In this document: positions 1-10,592 of the stretch, piece after piece
Position numbering within the stretch: the first letter of the stretch is position 1
Layout of the letters: every line of letters starts with the position of its first letter
NCBI RefSeq assembly: GCF_001194135.2
Contig: NC_068982.1
Span: 177,560,962 to 177,596,247 of the forward strand
Direction: 5' to 3'
Length of the DNA stretch: 35,286 nucleotides
Source: Octopus bimaculoides
Taxonomy: Eukaryota
The notes under the pieces: generated by a model
Database searches by the model: none
What the model was told of the DNA's origin: nothing
The model's input: the letters and a program-made list of their open reading frames with translations, nothing else
Program-made: the position numbers and the translations under genes

Positions 1-73
<73 letters not shown>
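1..73. repeat. (AT)n-(GT)n compound microsatellite
   Basis: Direct reading of dinucleotide tracts. Confidence 0.98.
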
Positions 74-75
<2 letters not shown>

Positions 76-412
76 GCAATTACAAATATATGCATGTACA
101 CATGTAAATACACGCATACACATGCAGGTGTACATTAGGCATTTATGTGGGTGTGTGTGTGTGATAAGAGAAAAGAAAATGACCATAAACTGGTACTCCT
201 TTATTCTAGCTGTTTTATGTTTCAGTATACGGCAGCACATGAAGTAACATTATGGATGCAGCCAACATATGCAGTTTATAGATCCAGTATGGAGCAAACA
301 CGTCTTCGGACAACCTATCTGTACAAGCAACGGTGAGGGTTTAATGTCATTAACAGTTGATTCGAAACCAAGAGGTTTAGGCGTCGCGTGTGGAGATCAT
401 CCAATCATAACT

Positions 413-419
<7 letters not shown>

Positions 420-472
<53 letters not shown>

Positions 473-530
473 ACATATATATAGAGAGACAGAGAGAGAT
501 AAACAGACAGACAGACAGACAGATTAATAG
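420..530. repeat. (CT)n followed by (GA)/(GACA)n microsatellites
   Basis: Direct reading. Confidence 0.95.
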
Positions 531-619
531 ATATCGATATACGAATATATATATGCACAAACACGCGCACGCACACACTGTATAATGAGTGTACGTGCAT
601 GTGCGCGTGTGTTTGTGCA

Positions 620-902
620 NNNNNNNNNNNNNNNNNNNNNNNNNNNNNNNNNNNNNNNNNNNNNNNNNNNNNNNNNNNNNNNNNNNNNNNNNNNNNNNNN
701 NNNNNNNNNNNNNNNNNNNNNNNNNNNNNNNNNNNNNNNNNNNNNNNNNNNNNNNNNNNNNNNNNNNNNNNNNNNNNNNNNNNNNNNNNNNNNNNNNNNN
801 NNNNNNNNNNNNNNNNNNNNNNNNNNNNNNNNNNNNNNNNNNNNNNNNNNNNNNNNNNNNNNNNNNNNNNNNNNNNNNNNNNNNNNNNNNNNNNNNNNNN
901 NN
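620..902. other. Assembly gap (N run). Other gaps: 6975-7307, 12318-13190, 23975-24748, 25501-25520, 28915-28999, 30217-30317, 32824-33439
   Basis: N runs, most bordered by simple repeats, typical of a short-read scaffold. Confidence 0.99.
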
Positions 903-1069
903 AAAGACAGGAAGAAAGAGTAAGAGAAAGTTGTGGTGAAAGAGTACAGCAGGGTTCGCCACCATCCCCTGCCGGAACCTCGTGGAGCTTTAGGTGTTTT
1001 CGCTCAATAAACAGTCACAATGCCCGGTCTGGGAATCGAAACTGCGATCCTATGACCGCGAATCCGGTC
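903..1069 (-). mobile_element. tRNA-derived SINE (family C), partial
   Basis: Minus strand reads GGATCGCAGTTTCGATTCCCAGACCGGGC (B-box-like), then body ...GAGCGAAAACACCTAAAGCTCCACGAGG...; the 5' part is lost in the (GGAT)n tract and the 3' part runs into the gap. Confidence 0.7.
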
Positions 1070-1075
1070 ATGTAG

Positions 1076-1077
<2 letters not shown>

Positions 1078-1109
<32 letters not shown>

Positions 1110-1128
1110 ATGGATGGATGGATGGAGG

Positions 1129-1192
<64 letters not shown>
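1078..1192. repeat. (GGAT)n-(GATA)n compound tetranucleotide microsatellite
   Basis: Direct reading. Confidence 0.97.
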
Positions 1193-1898
1193 TGCACACA
1201 TATACATGCACACACACACACACTGACACACATGTGAAGTATAACATGTGGAATTAAATTTTGACTTGCTATACAGTTATTTTCATATTTATATTTTCAA
1301 ATAAACACGATTTCCATCTCCATTAAATATTTAACTATTTCTGTTAATTTTATTTTCATAATTTTATCCTTTATAAATTTCTATCTATTTTTATTTAGCA
1401 CTTCCAGTACAACAATCGGCGATATCACTATATTACTATCTATACTGCCTCCTTTATCTAACATTAACCTACTTACTTTTCTGTGATGTATATATTATCG
1501 AGATAATTTTATTGCTGAAATTACAACTCTTAATTCAGAATATATTACCCCTATATCAATGGTAACTTTACGGTGTTGCCAATGCAGCTCTTTTGGAAAT
1601 GTATCTAGCTTCTTTTTCTTTTGCGCCTGAATTTAACCCCACTTTCTTAAAAAAAGATTTTCTTCTAATTTGAAACTTACTCTAACTTCATAATTTGGTT
1701 CTTACTTTTTGTTTTGTATTGCATTGTTTTGTTTTGTTCCGTTTATAGACAGCATAATAATGCATGCGAGAGATTTTTTTTTCTTTTGTAATGGGTTTTG
1801 AACAAGTTCATTTTGTATAATAACCAACGCTCACTTAACGTCTGATTGTCCTGGCAGTGACCTGGCAGTGACCTTGCAGTTTTTGTTTTTAATGTGCC

Positions 1899-2010
1899 AA
1901 GCGTAACGGATTGGCAAAGCCGTTAGAGTATCGTACTAAATGCCTTGCAATATTCCTTCTCGCTCTTTACGTTCTGAGTTGAGTTCAAATCGAACTCCGA
2001 TGAATTTTCC
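1899..2010 (+). mobile_element. SINE-A, old degenerate head
   Basis: TTGGCAAAGCCGTTAG ... TACGTTCTGAGTT..GAGTTCAAAT resembles the A/B-box head of the other SINE-A copies. Confidence 0.55.
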
Positions 2011-2279
2011 CTTCCGTGATTCTCTTAATCCTCTATCACAAATTCGGAAGGGAGGTAGTTTTCCTCTGCCTGATGAATTATGCGAAAGAGGTTTTGTATG
2101 GTGGTCAAAACTAAATGGACTAGAGACAGACACTTTCTTTTCGGCCTAGCTATTACCATGTTCCACTTGGAAAGGAAAGTGAAGGTGGGGACGAAAATGC
2201 TGCTCCTCCGTAAATTTGTAAGAAAATGGATGAAGCGGGAGAGTGGCACAAATGAATGGACCTTCTATAAATATGCGCC

Positions 2280-2312
2280 CATTATTATTATTATTGTTAT
2301 TGTTATCATCAT

Positions 2313-2351
<39 letters not shown>

Positions 2352-2371
2352 TATTATAATTATTAATATTA
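2280..2371. repeat. (ATT)n/(ATC)n microsatellite, 3' flank of the Dong-like fragment
   Basis: Direct reading. Confidence 0.95.
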
Positions 2372-2846
2372 TTTTGGTTTGGCTCAGGTTCGGACTTATT
2401 CTTGGAGGAATTAAGTGGATAGCGGGTTACTACCTGTAACCCAAGGTACCCAAGTTTTCTGCGGTTTTTCAAGTGCTTAGAACTCTCCTGATAATCTTTG
2501 CTGTCCCTTAGAGACAAACTTTCTGTAGGAGTTCTACCAGGCATTGTATTTCAGTCTCCTTCAGCCATTTGTCTATATCTTTACTTACTGTTCTCAACGT
2601 TCCAATGATTATAGGCACGACCTTTACTGTTCGCATGCTCTAAATCCTTCCTATTTCAAATTTTAAGGGATTGTACTTTTCCTTCTTCTTCTTCTTTTAC
2701 GATCCTGGAATCAAACGGGCATGATGGGGCGATAAGTAAGCAACTTCGTTTTCCATATCTATAATTGATATGTTTGGTCTATCATTTTCTAATTTCTTGT
2801 GCGACACTAGTATTCTTTCGACTCGATGATTGTAGCATGTGTTTCA
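2372..2846 (-). mobile_element. R4/Dong-type non-LTR retrotransposon, 5'-truncated (RLE endonuclease C-terminus plus 3'UTR)
   Basis: Minus-strand translation across frameshifts: ..HKKLENDRPNISIIDMEN..SCPFDSRI..KYNPLKFEIGRI*SMRTVKVVPIIIGTLRTVSKDIDKWLKE..ELLQKVCL*GTAKIIRRVLST*. This is a decayed RPD..D..KY..IGALG RLE signature. Stop at 2469-2471; (TAA)n on the sense strand at both ends. Confidence 0.85.

Positions 2847-2912
<66 letters not shown>
2847..2912. repeat. (ATT)n microsatellite
   Basis: Direct reading. Confidence 0.98.
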
Positions 2913-2915
2913 TAA

Positions 2916-3037
2916 AAGGTGGCACGCTGGCAGAATAGTTAGCACGTTGGACAAAATGTTTAGCGGCATTTCGTCCATCCTTATTTTCTGAGTTCAAATT
3001 CCGCAGTTGTTGATTTTACCTTTCATCCTTTCAGGGA
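2916..3037 (+). mobile_element. SINE-A, 3'-truncated
   Basis: AAGGTGGCACGCTGGCAGAATAGTTAGC (A box) ... CTGAGTTCAAATTCCG (B box). Confidence 0.85.
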
Positions 3038-3108
3038 AAATAATGCATGCAAGCTTTCACAGTTCTAGCATCACTCCTTCATAGTCAGCTCATGAACTTT
3101 TCAGCCCA

Positions 3109-3145
<37 letters not shown>

Positions 3146-3146
<1 letters not shown>

Positions 3147-3297
3147 CAAAATAAGCAACAGGATATCAAGATGTGATGCAGTACGACCGTTTCAAGCGAC
3201 TCCATTTAATTGAACAATGCAATCATTGTTCAATTAAATGGAGTCGCTTGAAACGATAGTACTGCATCACCTCTTGATATCCTGTTGCTTATTTTGA
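3146..3297. repeat. Near-perfect 152-bp palindrome (foldback/MITE-like)
   Basis: Arms 3146-3219 and 3224-3297 (74 bp each, 3 mismatches by hand alignment), 4-nt loop CAAT. Confidence 0.95.
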
Positions 3298-3385
3298 TTT
3301 TATTCACCTTACTTTGAGTTATACGGATAATACCGCACTGATCTGGTGCTTCAACTTAGGTACCTAATTCAAATGAATCTCAATG

Positions 3386-3434
<49 letters not shown>

Positions 3435-4012
3435 TGTGTAGGACTGTATGTATATTACAATCGGTCGTATCGTGAAAACAAAATCTGATTCAATAATTTT
3501 AATGTCTCAAAGTTACTGATCTGCTGTTTATAAGAACTTTTTAAAACTTCCATCAAGATCAACAAATATAAGTTTCTAACAAGTGTTGATGTAGAATGAA
3601 GAAGCAACAGAAGCAATAAATCTTGACCCGGTCCCATTCCAAGCAAAAAGTTGAAACTAACGCGACAAATAATGATGCAATCACTATGCTCAATAACACA
3701 TTCGACATGGAGCTAAAAAGTGGAACGTGTACACAACTACATGAACAACAGCTATCTTAATTTAAACGGACGTAAGTAACCCATCATCAGCTCCCACATC
3801 CTCTACGGGAAACTATTATGGTTTCGACACCCAGACGTGTGTGCGTGTCGGGTGAAATATATATGATATTTGATAGACCGTAACTTCGTAGTTTCACTAC
3901 AAGTAGTTTGACTAAGACGCCACAGACATACCGAAAATTTAAAGTCCATCTCATACACATGCATCCTCTCGCACACACAAGCGCATGCACTTGTGTGTAC
4001 GTATATGCATGT

Positions 4013-4110
<98 letters not shown>

Positions 4111-4355
4111 TGTGAAAATCTATTATATACACATGAGAACAAACAAACATTAAACAGATATTAAGCTGGCACTATTATTCACTGCTTTAATTCAATGTAA
4201 CAAACATGTGCAAGCCATTTAAATTATCAAAATCAGATAAGCAGGGCCAGATATATTTTACTTTTCAGTCTAGAAGACGCTATATTCAAACATCTAGATG
4301 TATACATATACCTAGACATATACATAAGCACACACAGACGCGCGCGCACACCCAT

Positions 4356-4390
<35 letters not shown>

Positions 4391-4491
4391 CACACACACA
4401 CATGTATAGAAAGAAAGACAGACAGACAGAGTCAGACAGAGCGAGAGAGACATAGAGAGCGGTGAAGAGAGAAAGATTCACACAAAACACT

Positions 4492-4558
<67 letters not shown>

Positions 4559-5060
4559 ATATATATGTATATATAATGTCAAAACATTCCCAGATTGCAA
4601 GACTAAGTCGCTGGAGATACATTCAATTTTGTGCATAAAAATTGCAGTGTCACTTATTGACAGAGAAATGGGCGTTACGAGAGAAGAAAGTAAGATTACG
4701 GAGTGCAAGTGATATAAATAAATTCGCGTATAACTAAACTGCAGAGAAGATAAATAATATGAATATATTTCATATCAAAAATATTTTCAGTGTAAGTCGG
4801 TGAGGGGTGCAATGAGTAGGAGGCAGACAAAAATGTTTTGCAGTATTTTGTTACATTACTGCTTGCAGTTAATTTTACATGTCATCATTTCGTGGTAGAT
4901 AACATAACGATCGGCCATGAGATACTTGCCTCTCCAGATAACTATCTAGACCCCTACTTCCAAAAAGTACGTCATTTCGTGCCAATCTAAGAAATTATTA
5001 TTGACCTGGTATTGTTTGTTGAGAAGAAACAAATTTTTACGAAAATAACTGTATAGCAAC

Positions 5061-5241
5061 TTTTCTACTCTAGGCACAAGGCCCGAAATTCTGGGGGAGG
5101 GGGCCAGTCAATTAGCTTGACCCCAGTACGCAACTGGTACTTACTTTATTGACTCTGAAAGCCAGGTCGACCTCGGCGGAATTTGAACTCAGAACGTAAA
5201 GGCAGACGAAATACTGCTACGCATTTCGCCCGGCTCGCTAA
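5061..5241 (-). mobile_element. SINE-A (CCTAGAGTAGAAAAG-type tail), lacking about 25 nt of its 5' head
   Basis: Reverse complement of the SINE-A body: GAATTTGAACTCAGAACG, GTCGACCTCGGCGG, TTTTCTACTCTAGGCACAAGGCC. Confidence 0.9.
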
Positions 5242-5245
5242 GGTT

Positions 5246-5481
5246 TGTTATTTCTTTATTGCCCACAAGGGGCTAAACATAGAGGGGACAAACAAGGAAA
5301 TACAATGGGGTTAAGTCGATTACATCGACCCCAGTGCATGCCGGGTACTTAATTTATCGACTCCGAAGAGATGAAAGGCAAAGTCGACCTCGGCCGAATT
5401 TGAACTCAGGATGTAACGGCAGACGAAATATCGCTAAGCATTTCGACCGGCGTGCTAACGTTTCTGCCAGCTCGCCGCCTT
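5246..5481 (-). mobile_element. SINE-A, full length, with CCCCTTGTGGGCAATAAAGAAAT-type tail
   Basis: Intact head (rc: AAGGCGGCGAGCTGGCAGAAACGTTAGC), B box, distinct 3' end; head-to-tail with the previous copy. Confidence 0.92.
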
Positions 5482-5998
5482 CAAAACTGTATAGAAACTG
5501 ACAGCAAAGAGCCATTCTCGAGTGACAAAACAGTGCAGACATGGGCATTGCTGATTACAATTATCACGTGCGGAAGGAATCTAGCCAGCAGCCGAGTGTA
5601 TCATAAGGTTCGATTCATCACTTTGTTGTAAAATAAAAATTAGAGCGATTTGTCTTCCTGTGTCTGTTGTTCTTAGCAAAAAAAAAAAAAGGGTTGTATA
5701 GTAGGCGCTATTAAAAGCCTACGATTTCTTCTTCACGTATATCACGTCCAACATGAAGAGAAAGGCGGGGCTTTAAAGCGTGCCATTTCTGGGTGTCAGT
5801 CGTAAAACTGGCATTGCTAAGTAACCCTACTTGAACTACGTAACTGTAGGCTGCAATAATACTTGGAAGTAGAAATTGTCTTGGTTGTCCGTGTAATTAA
5901 AGATATTGTGTGAGGGAACTCCGAATTACCTTAGGTGAGTTCACTATATTGTTAGTGCTATTCATTGCTATTCATCTACAAACATTTCTCTCATTGTA

Positions 5999-6245
5999 AA
6001 GGCGGCAAGATAACAGAATCGTTAGGATGCGGGGGTAAAATGCTTGGCGGTATTTTGCCCGTCTTCACATTCTGAGTTCAAATTCCGCCGAAGTTGACTT
6101 TGCCTTTCATTCTTTCAGGTCGATAAAATAAGTACCAACTTCGGGGTCGACAAACTAAGTACCAAGTTGAGGACTGTGGATGGATAAAATCTAATTTATT
6201 CTCCCCCTAAATTGCTGGCCTTGTACCAAAATTTGAAATCAATAT
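5999..6245 (+). mobile_element. SINE-A, full length (CCAAAATTTGAAATC-type tail)
   Basis: AAGGCGGCAAGATAACAGAATCGTTAG ... CTGAGTTCAAATTCCGCC ... GGTCGATAAAATAAGTACC. Confidence 0.9.
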
Positions 6246-6299
6246 TTCTTCATTTGTGATACCGCTCGTTTAATGTATAAAAATCCCTTACTGCTTTAA

Positions 6300-6445
6300 A
6301 TATAATTTTTTGTTTAATCTTAGCATTCCAGTCTTTGGAGAATTGATAAAATAAGAACAAGTTAAGTTCTAGGGGTTATCTATCGGATGTGCACCTATTC
6401 CTTCTACATGTTTGATTTGGAATCAAAGGTGAAAATCATTATTCA
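6300..6445 (+). mobile_element. Degenerate 3' half of SINE-A
   Basis: GATAAAATAAGAACAAGTT...CTAGGGGT...GAAAATCATTATT resembles the SINE-A 3' body. Confidence 0.45.
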
Positions 6446-6904
6446 AAGTGCTTTTTCTGTTTCTGTTTTTTGTTTTTTGTTTTTTTTTTATCACAAAACT
6501 GAAAACATTGTAGTCTAGTTAGTCGCTGCAGCGATAAAATTATTAGGCAGATATTGTGACTAAAACAAGAGAGAAAGAGAAAGAGGGGGAAAGAGAAAGA
6601 AGGGGAAAGAGAAAAGGGGAAAAGAGAAAGAGAGAGTAGAGAGAGAAAGCGATAAAGAGAATCAATGTGTGATTTTAATTAACAGTTGTAAATTGATAGT
6701 CATAATTTGGTGCGTGAAACCGACAGTATCAGGTTTTTGGTGGTATTAGATAACAAGACACAACTTTACAGTGAGACTCGATCTAAAATCAAAACTATTC
6801 TCCTCCAGTTTCTGCCACTCTCGCTCTCTTTCTCTCACACACACACATACACTCACACTCTTTTTCCCTCTCGTTGTTTATTCCTTACTTTCCTTCCCCC
6901 TTCC

Positions 6905-6945
<41 letters not shown>

Positions 6946-7379
6946 CCTATATATATATATATATATATATATATNNNNNNNNNNNNNNNNNNNNNNNNNN
7001 NNNNNNNNNNNNNNNNNNNNNNNNNNNNNNNNNNNNNNNNNNNNNNNNNNNNNNNNNNNNNNNNNNNNNNNNNNNNNNNNNNNNNNNNNNNNNNNNNNNN
7101 NNNNNNNNNNNNNNNNNNNNNNNNNNNNNNNNNNNNNNNNNNNNNNNNNNNNNNNNNNNNNNNNNNNNNNNNNNNNNNNNNNNNNNNNNNNNNNNNNNNN
7201 NNNNNNNNNNNNNNNNNNNNNNNNNNNNNNNNNNNNNNNNNNNNNNNNNNNNNNNNNNNNNNNNNNNNNNNNNNNNNNNNNNNNNNNNNNNNNNNNNNNN
7301 NNNNNNNGTGTGTGTGTAGCTATATATGTCTACCTATCTTTAACGTCTTCGATCTGTTGTTTGTTTGACGCTATGTGGC

Positions 7380-8490
7380 AACCATAATTAGAAGCAGAAG
7401 TCCGGGCAACTGAGAATAAATATTTTACTGATTCTTGTGTCACCCGTGTACCTAGTGTGAGTAGCTGTTTGTACGTCTAAGAATATGCGTGAGAAATTCA
7501 TCAAAATAGTAGCAGTCCCGGTACAATTTCCAAAGGGGCTCCGCAGCTATACTCAGAGTTCTCCAGTTATACTAGGGTCACGTAGTTTGTAACATCATCC
7601 CGCGATCAAACACTTCGAATGATTTTGCAAAATAGAAACTTATCACATCAACATTTAAATGATTGAGCTATCTTTTTAGTACCGAATCGTAGTGTTATAA
7701 TATCTCTGCGAAGCATCTTTTTCTCGATCGAAAGCCGTGCTGCGTCATTGAGCAAGCTATATTCGTTTAAAAACATGATCACCTTCTATCTGACAATGCG
7801 TTCTATGATAGATAGACCGGTAGATTTTAGCATTGTTGTGTTTCCTTCTTCATGGACGGGGCATATTTTACACACATTTAGCATTTTGTGAAGTTTGCCA
7901 CATGCAAAGAAGTTCTACAGGGATTTAACAAGAGCTTTCTTGCGTGTTTTTCAAAGAATCCCTGGGAAACCAAAAGGGCCTGTTGCTGATTTCAAGTTCG
8001 TTTCATCAATGGCCGATATTACTTCTTTTATATTGATGTAATCTATGATTGCCACTTCCCTGTGTAATGTGCGATGTTGAAGAACTCATTTGCATATTTC
8101 TCAGTGGGGAAGTGAAAATACATTGAAATTATTTATTTTAGTATTTCACTTATCCTTCAAGGGTCTGCAATTGGTGAGCCATTTTCTTCAAACAAAAGTG
8201 TTATGCTGTTACGCACCGACGCGGACTCTTTTACAATTATCTAGAAGGCATTAGGATTCACTTAGAGTTACTTTGGTCCTTCTTTCTTCCCACTCCTTTT
8301 CATAGGAGAAACTTGATTTTCGATAAAATTGGCATTTTAAATGGGACTCCTTGTGATTAAGTCGTTATTTAAACAATCTGAGATCGTTCTTCATCCCATA
8401 AGAACTCGCCTGTATCTAGAAACGATGGTTTTGAGTGTATTGTCTCTTTGAGACAAATTTAATGCACTTGGCTTGCATTACTGACATAAG
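7380..8490 (-). mobile_element. Highly decayed CR1-clade LINE ORF2 (linker plus reverse transcriptase)
   Basis: Minus-strand motifs in the correct order across stops and frameshifts: NPNAF..ESASVRNSITLLFEENGSPIADP*RISEIL; KSATGPFGFPGIL (cf. KSAxGPDGFP); ICPVHEEGN..AKIYRSI (cf. PIHKGG..NYRPISL); QHGFRS; NVDVISFYFAKSFEVFDRG (cf. VDVIYLDFAKAFDKVDH); KLRDPSITGEL; GAPLEIVPGLLLF (cf. GVPQGTVLGPLLF); RYTGDTRI (decayed YADD). May extend to about 8.8 kb. Confidence 0.85.
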
Positions 8491-10491
8491 TTTTTTTTTT
8501 AATTTCATATTATTGTCTTTTAAAAAGAAACTTTCGGGCCAGTTTTGTTTCAGTATCTTCCGTTTCGAATCGGTTTCTAGTCAGCATAGTAGATGTTCGA
8601 CCTGAATAGTGTTCAGGTGTTTCATGTTTGACATACAGATAAGAGATAAAATGAGCCCGAGGTGAGCAATTTGTCCCTGCTGTCGCATGCACGGGCGTTA
8701 ATTTCGTTAAAGTTCTAACGCGTGAAAGAAAAATGGTGAATGATATAGGAGAGTGAGTCTTATAGATTTGGCTCTACAGAGGCTGATCATTAAGGAGACA
8801 GTGAGTGCCAAAATGTTTTCATCATATTATAGTGTATAATGGACAACTTCAAAAGCTGTTTTAGTTTGCAAGCATAGCAAAGTAGTTTTGATAAGGATCT
8901 GAAAATAATTAAAAGGTAAGACAGACAAATAAAAGTGTAGGAGATTCACAAGTAGACGTAGAAAAAGATAGATAGATTGACAGCAGGTACTCAGAAATAC
9001 AGATAGCCGAAAAATTAACTACGTTAGACAGAGGGGAGTAAATGCAAGCATGTTTAAATGGACAAAAGACAAGTGAAGAAACTCTTTCAAATTTATAGGC
9101 ATAAAGAAGTACCGACAGATTCATTCGCAGTTAAATAAGCAGACAGACTATAAAAGAAAAATGAAACGCTGTGAGATAAGAGTTACAATTTATTGGTATA
9201 GACCTAGAGATAGTTAGAATGAATGAGGGGCATAAAGACAGAGCAGTAGTAATCAGATGGACTAAGGTATGAAGAGAAAATGGATTACTTGTGCTTTAAT
9301 GACCTTTTTAATGCCATTATGTACTATACAATAGACTTAAGGATTTTTTTAAAAAGAGTACTGTACGTATAGACAGCGGTATACACAGTATATATATTTA
9401 TACATACTGTGTATGGATGAGAAAACCGGATCAGCCCCGAACTACTTTCAGTCCTATGTTACAATCTTTATCATCTGAGTATATTCTTTAACTGTCAACG
9501 GAATTAATTAAGGTGAGTGTTCAGAAAAACAACTTAAAGACCCATTTTTATGTTAAAATGTCCGATGTAAAGTGGATGGGCTAATTCGCATATATATTGT
9601 ATATTTGGCATCTGGTTGTTTTGTTTCAATGCTATGATTTACTGCAGAATACATCCATAGGCTTTCAGTCAACTCTGTATGTATAAGCAGATGTAAACAA
9701 GTTGTCTGTATAAACGTTATCTTCATGGACAGTGAAAGATGGATCAGTGGAACTAGATCCAATCCTGCATTAAAATTTCATCAGCGACTGCGTAGACTCT
9801 TTAACTGACAACTGAAATACTGCTTATAAACCCACTATTACTAAGGGATTAAGTAAACTGGATAGACTAATTTGCATACATCATGCGTTATTGGTAGCTA
9901 ATTTGATTTATAAATTACTGGTGCTTCGAATCTGTTTCTAAGTAGTATGTCTGTCAAGGTACTCAGTTTCAAATGAAATCCCTGAACAGGACTGAAATTA
10001 CACCCACAGATGCCCCTTTCTCCGTCTACGATGATACACTAACAAGATGTTTACATTTGTCTCTGCATGCAGTGTTGGCCAAAAATATTTAAGTCTGCTC
10101 TATAGTGCACTTAAGAATGTTAATAATAAAAAGGGAGCGAAAACCAGAGGTACCAATAGAGTTAGAGTTAGAAATTTGTAAGTCACGATCTTTTGTATAA
10201 AATCTATAAAGTAAAAGAGCGTGCTAGCCCATCTATTGAACTAGTCAAAAATCAACGCATCCAAAAAAGAAGGCATAGTTACAGTGACAGTGAAGGAAGT
10301 AAAGGAAAATAGAAAATGGGCCAGAAAGAGATAGTAAGTGAAAAACAAAGGAACATTGAGATAGAGAGAGGAAAAGATAGTAAGGCAGCAAAGGAAAACG
10401 TAGATTTTAAAAAATTGTTGATAGTTGCAAGAGTAAGCAAAGTAGAGCGAGGGAAAGAATAAGAGTATGGACAGAAAGGTTAAATTAGTGT

Positions 10492-10512
10492 ATGTATATA
10501 CATGTGTGTGTA

Positions 10513-10558
<46 letters not shown>

Positions 10559-10592
10559 TGCATGCATGCATGTATGTATGCATGTATGTATA
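10492..10592. repeat. (TG)/(TA)/(TGCA)/(TATG) compound microsatellite
   Basis: Direct reading. Confidence 0.9.

Noticed and set aside
1850-1880. 11-bp unit CCTGGCAGTGA repeated about 3 times
   Set aside because: Short local slippage duplication with no further structure.
2063-2091. Second CTGATGA..GAAA hammerhead-like string
   Set aside because: No helix II pairing (ATTATGC), no NUH site in register and no helix I/III topology.
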